DNA of 64,000 nt, from assembly GCA_951406725.2 (NCBI GenBank), contig OX597830.1, forward strand, positions 49,042,001 through 49,106,000, given 5' to 3'. The notes beneath the pieces were generated by a model. The model saw only the letters and a list, made by a program, of their open reading frames with translations, was not told the DNA's origin and ran no database searches. Every line of letters starts with the position of its first letter. Within the stretch, counting starts at the first letter, position 1. A program made the translations under genes and the position numbers. Origin of the DNA: Octopus vulgaris (taxonomy: Eukaryota). Below are positions 55,925 through 64,000 of this stretch, piece after piece.

Positions 55925-56459
55925 CTTTCACATTAATTGGACTGCGGTTACGTTAGGGGCATCATACGTTCTCTCTCCGACAGAAACAAGATGGTTTGAA
56001 ATAAGATATTTTTGTAGCGATTTGATTAACAACAACAACAACAACGACGACGACGACGATGATGATGATGATGATAACAGTAATGACGAGTAAAGAACAT
56101 ACACAATGAATAAATTTGATATTGTCAGTGCTTTATCTGATGGTGAACAAATAATGAATGTAAACAGATTGAAAGGAGAGAAATATTTCGACAACTTATT
56201 ATACGATTTCTACGATCGCTTTAGATTTTAGCATTTCATCGGCACACTCCTACAGAAATAGCACGAATCACCACCGAGACAACAGCAGGAGTAAGAACAA
56301 CCATAGAAAGAACAAATTTAACAACATGAAGTAAAATATTTCTGATTGCATCAGTAACATATCAGCAACAACAACATTAGAAGCAGCAATGGAAACAGCC
56401 AGTTGTTATGAGCGATGTATTCGGGTTGCTATTAAGTTTTCGTCTTTGCTGTGAAGCTC

Positions 56460-57351
56460 CAGATCAAAACTGATCCATGCTCCAGATCAAAATTGATCAA
56501 AGCATCAGATCAAAATTGTTCCAAGCATCAGATCAAAATTGATCCAAGCTCCAGATCAAAATTGATCCAAGCTCCAGATCAAAATTGATCCAAGACCCAG
56601 ATCAAAACTGATCCAAGCATCAGATCAAAATTGAGCCAAGCATCAGATTAAAATTGATCCAAGCATCAAATCAAAATTGATCCAAGCATCAGATCAATAC
56701 CGATCCAAGCTCCAGATCAAAATTGATCCAAGTCCCAGATCAAAACTGATCCAAGCATCAGATCAAAATTAAGCCAAGCTCCAGATCAAAACTGATCCAA
56801 GCATCAGATCAAAACCGATCCAAGCATCAGATCAAAACCGATCCAAGCTCCAGATCAAAACTGATCTAAGTCCCAGATCAAAACTGATCCAAGCATCAGA
56901 TCAAAACTGATCCAAGCTCCAGATCAAAACCGATCCAAGCATCAGATCAAAATTGATCCAAGCTCCAGATCAAAATTGATCCAAGTCCCAGATCAAAACT
57001 GATCCAAGCATCAGATCAAAATTGAGCCAAGCATCAGATTAAAATTGATCAAAGCATCAGATCAAAATTGATCCAAGCAGCAGATCAATACTGATCCAAG
57101 CTCCAGATCAAAATTGATCCAAGTACCAGATCAAAACTGATCCAAGCATCAGATCAAAATTGAGCCAAGCTCCAGATCAAAACTGATTCAAGCATCAGAT
57201 CAAAACTGATCTAAATCCCAGATCAAAACTGATCCAAGCATCAGATCAAAACTGATCTAAGTCCCTGATCAAAACTGATCCAAGCATCAGATCAAAATTG
57301 AGCCAAGCATCAGATCAAAATTGATCCATGTCCCAGATCAAAACTGATCCA
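56460..57351. repeat. 23-bp minisatellite, about 39 units, consensus CAGATCAAAAYTGATCCAAG(CAT/CTC/TCC)
   Basis: Unit starts at 56460, 56483 ... 57334 (38 x 23 bp, no net indels). Confidence 0.95.
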
Positions 57352-57611
57352 GCAAACCTTAAGAATCAACTCTACTCCACCGGTGACCATCCTGTCTTCC
57401 TGGAAATATGTTAAAATACATTATTCACAAGGTCATTTCTAGTTAAAGAAGGTAAAGAGTAAAAGCTGAAGGAAATTTAGTTGCTATTTAGTTTTTCGCC
57501 AAAAATCGGCCATGATGTGTGAGGGACATCACATTAGACCGGAAGTGAAAATATTCAAATGATCTAAATTTATAAAATTAATCAGATTGTGCGTGTATAG
57601 ATATGCATGTG

Positions 57612-57660
<49 letters not shown>

Positions 57661-58447
57661 GTATGTATATATGTATGTATGTATGTATGTGTGTGTATGT
57701 TGTATGCAGTTTTGTTATGTGATATGTGATATGTGATTGTGTTATGGAACTGTGTAAGCAAACGTGGCGACAGAGCATGGAGAAGCAGGATCACATTATC
57801 AAAGATCACATTCTCAAGAAGTCTGATGTGATTTCAGAAAGATTCGCGTGCCATTTCTAGCGTGCAGCGTCACAGATCAAATGCGTCTTGTCTTTATGTG
57901 CCATTACTTTTGTAGCTGAGATCCATTTAAACCGTTACAGGGGAGACGAGTTCTGAATGATAATGTTGGTTCTGACCGTCTCATATCTTTCGTATTTACA
58001 AGGAAAGCAACCATGCGCGCATGTTTGGTGTTGTCTGATGCTGTGAGTTTATCGGAAACATAGCCAATGAAAGAAATTTTACTGCTAAGAATATATTCAC
58101 TTTTTGAGTAAATACAAAATAAACTGTATTGTTGGATACGCTACACTGAACACTGCAAAAAAATAGGACAACACACATTTGCTTCTAAATACCGTATTAT
58201 CTGGTATATAAATCGACATAGCATACAGTGCAAATATGTTGGTACCTTGTTGTGCCACTATTTCCTAATTATAATTCTACTTTTACAGTGCTTTATTTCG
58301 CTGGAAAATAACACTGTTACAATGTAATACTATTGTGTGATATTTTTGTGATGTTTCTGAGGTTTTAATAATAAAGCTTATTAATCTACCTTCGGTGTTC
58401 GAGTACTATTTTTCCCCACCTTGTTTCACATTTATGTGCTTACTCTG

Positions 58448-58502
<55 letters not shown>

Positions 58503-58771
58503 TAGATAGATAGATAGCCACAAACACATGCACACGTCTTATATAATAAATGCGGAAGCATCATCACTATCTTTCCAATTCCTGCTGCATTTCGCATGGA
58601 ATTTCTCCCACCCACCCAATGTTGTCTTGGTATATAAGTCGGCGTACCTTTTTTGGGCAGTAAATTTTGGACTGGAAATTCGACTGGCATGATGAAAATG
58701 CGGTATGCAATCTTCTACTCTGTTGCATTAAATGCATGCTGGCACATATTCACACCCTACCCCAACACGCA

Positions 58772-58775
<4 letters not shown>

Positions 58776-58848
<73 letters not shown>
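58776..58848. repeat. (CA)n microsatellite
   Basis: Directly visible. Confidence 0.95.
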
Positions 58849-59415
58849 ACTCTCTTTCTCCTCTCTATAGATTAGGAACGGAAATTTCTCATGACAAAAG
58901 TGTGGAAAATAGACAGAGTCAGTGTCTGCAATTGCGCTCTCTACACATTGTCAACCAACCTTTGCACTTTTAACTGGGGTTAATTCCATCGTATGTGCTG
59001 GCAGTACTAGTGAGAAAAATATTTTCATACATAATCTACCTACATACATACGCAGACACACGCGCACACACACACGCAGACACACACACGTACACACATA
59101 CGTATATGTATAAATATGTTTGTGTGTGTGTGTGTGTGACTATGTGCGTATATATATATATATATACGTACATCGCTTAATATCACCATTGTCCCTGTCT
59201 ACTTCAGCAACCACCACCACCACCACCACCACCACCATCATCACTGTATCCTCCGCACAAATAGAGATCATACTATTACTCTCACCCCACCATGAGCAAC
59301 AATAGGTGTGTCAATGACTAGTGAGAACGGGGTTCGAAGTGTGACACACTGACACACAGAAATTAATTTCCGCATTTGTTATATAAGATGTGTTCATGTG
59401 TTTGTGGCTAACTAT

Positions 59416-59475
<60 letters not shown>

Positions 59476-59482
59476 ATATATA

Positions 59483-59514
<32 letters not shown>

Positions 59515-59519
59515 GTATG

Positions 59520-59563
<44 letters not shown>

Positions 59564-59574
59564 ATAATGTGTGT

Positions 59575-59790
59575 ATGTGTGCTTGTTTCACCATCACCAC
59601 CTCCTAACAACCGGTGTTTGATTATATCCCTGTAACTTATCGGTTCAGCAAAAAAGTTCGATAAAGGAAGCACTGGGCTTTAGAAATATTTGATAGTAGT
59701 GGAGTCGATTTGTTCGATTAAACTCGTCATGGCGGTGCGCCAGCATGACCGCTGTTTAATGTTGAATCAAGTAAAAGATAAAAGTGTAAA
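59575..59790 (+). mobile_element. SINE family B, 3' part
   Basis: acaaccggtgtt...cggttcagcaaaa...ggcggtgcgccagcatgaccgc...caagtaaaagataaaag. Confidence 0.78.
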
Positions 59791-60164
59791 AGAAAAAAAA
59801 ATGATATAAATAGTAAATAATAAATAACAAAAAAAAGTAAAACAAATGCTAAATCAAATAAAAGTAAATAAATCAATAAAAAATGTCTGATGCAGAAAGT
59901 GCAGTAAAGCAGTGAATTGCCGAGTTCAGCCTAGAATCGAAAGTTCAAAGGTAGAAGTAATAAAACTGAGTCATTTGTCGAAGACATTACAAGACAAACT
60001 GATGCTAGATAGATTCTCTATGACAACGGATCTCGTAAAATTTCTAGTTGAACTAAATACTTTTCGTAACGTTATTATTATATCAGAGTTACTAATGTAC
60101 TTTGAATATCTATTAGTGTAGCCTGCCGAATATCACAGAATAGAATTTGAGGTTCAAGAATCGA

Positions 60165-60214
<50 letters not shown>

Positions 60215-61029
60215 TTTTTTATAGTAACAGTTTTCGTTTTTCTGTTGTTCTCTTCCACGATAAAACAACGATATTATATTTACACTTTACTTCAGACAAA
60301 CTCCATTTGATAGAAAACTTCTCTTAGTAAAGTGATTACGTGAAAGCAAAAGAGGAGAGATTTGAATAGTGTATCACCATATTATTAACTCGACAGTACA
60401 GCACATATGCTGTAAACATAATAAAATGTATTACATACTGTGTTACAAATAATATGCTACGTCTCGTTTGTTACAAATAATGTATGATACACGTATAATT
60501 AAATAAAAAGAAAACTTAGTGTAAAAGCGAGTAAAAATGAATGGAATATATCCAGAGTTAGGAATTGCAAATAATTAAAAGAAATAATATGATGGCAAAA
60601 TTCGGTATTTAAAAGTTGAAATTATAATAAAAGATCAAAATAAAGCTATAGATGAGAAAATAAATAAGTAAACAAAGACACAAAAATATATATAATGCCA
60701 CGAATGAAAGAAGATGGCAGAAGAAATGATAATAATAGAGAAGCGAAGTTGAAAAAAAAAAAACAAAAATAAGAGGAGGGAGAAGAAATAAAATAAAAAA
60801 GGAAGGGAAAGACGGAGCGAAAACCTGGAGGAAAAGAGAAAGAAAAGATAGGAGAGGAGGTGAAAGAAGCGAGTTAACGTTATGAGACAGAAGCCGTGCT
60901 GTAACGAATATGATGTATCGAAGATTACTGGAGTGATGGTGAGTCTGAAATCGTGGGTTCTCAAAGAAGATCCATTAGATTGATAACACAAATAACCATG
61001 TAAGACTGGTAGAACTAGAATTGTTTTGT

Positions 61030-61680
61030 AGTACAATCCAACTTTTAGTATTACCGTTAGAACCAATGTAGGTAGAGAATTTTTACAATCTAATTTCTAG
61101 ACTCTTTCCAGTCAAGTGATAAATATCATAGAAGATTGAATAGATAAACGCTAAATGATAGCTATTCCTGGTGTGAAAACTTCGCCTCTTTCATAAACTA
61201 ACATAATACAACTATTCTCAACAAAACTAAAGGTACCACCGAAAAACCAGATCCAGAAAGTAATTGTAAAGATCCGGGTGACTGTCCTTTAGATGAAAAT
61301 TAAAGGCATTGTATATAGAGCTGAAGTTCAGCTGGCTTATACCAAGACTTACAAAACATACACAGGTTCCACTGAAAATAGAGTCAGAAAGAGCTTATGT
61401 TCGCATAGGAATTCTTTCAAGTACCGGGAAAATAGGTCAGTAATCAGCCTGATCAAACACATGACAGTTAAAAGAAACAGGATCTTCCCCCATTTAAAAT
61501 TTACTGGTCCATATTTGAGAAGGCTACCCAATACAAGCAGGAACCATACAGGAATGCAATGAAATGTCCATTACGTCTGAGAAATGACTTCTTTTTATCC
61601 TTTTGATGGATAAGCATGCATTAAACTGAAATCTGGAGCTTTTGGGTTTTCTAAGTCATGCTTCTAGGCACCTAATGTAT
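61030..61680 (+). mobile_element. Penelope-like element, decayed GIY-YIG endonuclease region
   Basis: CPL..., then ORF 61293-61562 GIVYRAEV...KTYTGSTENRVRKSLCSHRNSFKY...SLIKH. This resembles Penelope IVY.A.V....YIG.TE..FK.R...H..SF......LSK. Upstream RTNVGREF and HN motifs. Confidence 0.8.
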
Positions 61681-61726
61681 TGCCAAACAAATCTACATGT
61701 ATAACCTATTTGAACTTTACCATATA

Positions 61727-62117
61727 CTAGCAGTATTGCCTGGCGTTGCTCGAGTTTGTTTCGACCTTTTAGATTGGAATTTTTGAAAAGTAAAAATTTT
61801 GCATTATGTAGCTTGTTATTCTCTTTAAGTGAACATTTTTCTGGTTGAAATACACCGAAAAATGGCGACACAGCAGTCAAAAAATCGTAAAAAATATGGA
61901 TTTTCATAGAAAAAAAGCACCTTTTTGATGTAAATAATTTTTGGTATTAACATGGTCCGATTTGAGTTTTTTCTTCTGCGGAATGAAGAGCAAGCTTTCT
62001 TCTATCATACTCTCAATTTTGGTCAACTTGCGCCGCAGTGTCTCGGAGGAGGTAGTGTTAGTTGAAGGCTACCAAACCTACCCTACACAGACAACTTCAG
62101 CTTTATATATAGAGAGA
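61727..62117 (-). mobile_element. Non-autonomous Helitron-like element (391 bp)
   Basis: Minus strand A|TCTCTCTATATATAAAGCTGAAG...ctcgagcaacgccaggcaatactgCTAG|T. Confidence 0.85.
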
Positions 62118-63300
62118 TTATCGAGTACTTCCTCACTAATAAAAAAAGACCCGTCAACTTTTATTACACAGTATCTCCTTCTTTGATCGTTTTAAATTAT
62201 TATTTTTTGGTCGCTCTATACACCATGTCGTTTCTGGTTTTACAAGCCACCTTATATAAGTATATTTTAAGCTCATGTCAAGAAAGATTTTTTTTTTACA
62301 ATCATTATTTCAATATCGTATTTTTTTTAAGGTCTTGCAAGTTCTATTCATTCTTCTCCATTTATATTCTTTTATTGTTTTTTGTTTGTGCTTCATACCA
62401 CCCTTTGTTTTGTCTGCTATTAGTAGGACATAATTTGTTTTATAAAATTACATTTACCATAAAATTAGTATTTTAAACCTGTAGGGCTTTCAACAGCCAC
62501 CAACCTCACAGAGACATTTCATCTATAATATGGATATTTTAATTATTTATAATTTTGAATTCATCCTAAATTACTTTCGTTTGTCTCTGTATACAGCTTG
62601 CTCTCTCCTCTTTGTCATTTTATTGGTTGCATATGTTTAACATACTTGTCTATTTCTACAAGTACATACATATTTTGTATGGATGTGTATGTATACTTCA
62701 TGTTGATATGAATATATTTAACAATATTTTTATGTTAATTTACATGTATTTATATATTAGGGCATGCGAGTGTGTATAAACATATATGTATATATCTTCA
62801 TATACGCATGTGTATTTAAAGTGTACTAATACGTATGTACATACATGTATTTGTGCTCACGTTGAGAGGTAGACGTATTCTTATATATACATTTTTTTAC
62901 TTACACTTTCTCCTGAGGTTAATCTGATCTTTTCTTTAATACAGTAGGGCATTATATATCTTTGTATACTCGGTTAATTTATCCTCTATAAATTTTATTT
63001 TAATCTTTTATTATAAGTTCAACTTTTAAATACATAATTTTGCAATCCTATTTTCCTTTCAATCTTTTTCAATTCTTATGTCTGGCTACATTCATTTTTG
63101 CTCGCTATTAAAGTAATTTTTCGATTTAATTGTTAATTATTGTTTATTCTAGCGTCAAGGTTAACCCATTCTGGCAGCAAAAACCATACTGCTATTTTTT
63201 GAAATAGTCACTCAATCAAATTCAATTGCTTATTCGTTGAACTGTAATGACTACGTTATATCATATTATATTTTTATATGTAGCCACATAATCTTTTTTC

Positions 63301-63342
63301 AATTGTCTGAAGAACGGCTGAGCGAAACTCTGAATAACAGTT
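63301..63342 (+). ncRNA. Degenerate minimal type I hammerhead-like motif, probably in the Penelope terminal repeat
   Basis: aattgt CTGAAGA acggctgagc GAAA ctctgaa TA acagtt. Intact core boxes and a 6-bp stem I; stems II and III are mismatched. Same strand as, and downstream of, the GIY-YIG remnant. Confidence 0.5.
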
Positions 63343-64000
63343 TAAGATATTTTTCGCTTTTAGTAAATAAAATGTATGTATGTTTGTTGATGTGTTTGTC
63401 GGTTTCGAAGATGAGTAATAAGTTGTTCGATCAACTAAATTATCCGCTTTTTGAATTAGAGTGTAAGTGGCGGAGTATTTCACAGAGATTTGCATCCTAA
63501 AATCAAGCCTCAGGCAGAATCACCATGACACAGATGATGAGGCTTTACCTTTTTGAATTACTGGTACAATCCAGTCAGCATGCTTCTATATACTTTCTGC
63601 CTCTTCAGTTTTTTATCGCAAGGCATAGATCGATCCTAGGTTATAGAAAATTACATTTTCCCATTTGGCTACACACTGGGATCGAACCCGGACCTCGTGT
63701 TTATGAAATGAACTTCTTATCTATTAGACCATATTACTCACACACATACATACCTCTATGTATTAATGAGGAGAAACGACTAAAGAGAAATACAATAAAG
63801 GCAAATATACAAAAGTATGCAAAAACCTATATAAAAAGAAATTAAGGGGGAATAAATACAATGGAAAGGTGAAATAATATTAAAAAAAATATTTTGTTAT
63901 TCACTGACATCATTATATCATTAAGATATTTTATCATTTTTGTTTTTCGTCGCTGTTCAGGTTGAAAAATAAACATTTTAGCATTGTTTTTTTCTTCTAT

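Noticed and set aside
56460-57351. CRISPR-like array or repeat-protein exon
   Set aside because: Units are contiguous with no unique spacers, there are no cas genes and the context is eukaryotic. A 23-bp unit is not a codon multiple and no ORF is listed across it.

Overview
AT-rich, microsatellite-dense eukaryotic non-coding DNA, most likely octopus. The organism call is an inference from remembered octopus SINE families, not a database result. I find no intact protein-coding gene. Nearly all ORFs in the supplied track are microsatellite read-throughs or decayed transposon fragments, and only weak candidate exons are visible (minus strand at the left edge, about 51.3 kb, about 53.7 kb). The window is a patchwork of tRNA-derived SINEs (some with clean target-site duplications, TSDs), decayed non-LTR retrotransposons (RTE, R4/Dong-like, CRE, CR1/L2-like, Tx1/L1-like, Penelope GIY-YIG), Tc1 and mariner remnants, and four non-autonomous Helitron-like elements. 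The most notable observations are: several short non-coding elements carrying minimal hammerhead-ribozyme-like motifs (all with at least one defect), one of them inside a perfect 47-bp inverted repeat; a Helitron family carrying a SINE as cargo; a 23-bp palindromic minisatellite with higher-order structure; a 3.43-kb tandem duplication bounded by (TATC)n; and several template-switch-type inverted duplications. All coordinates and alignments were read by eye.
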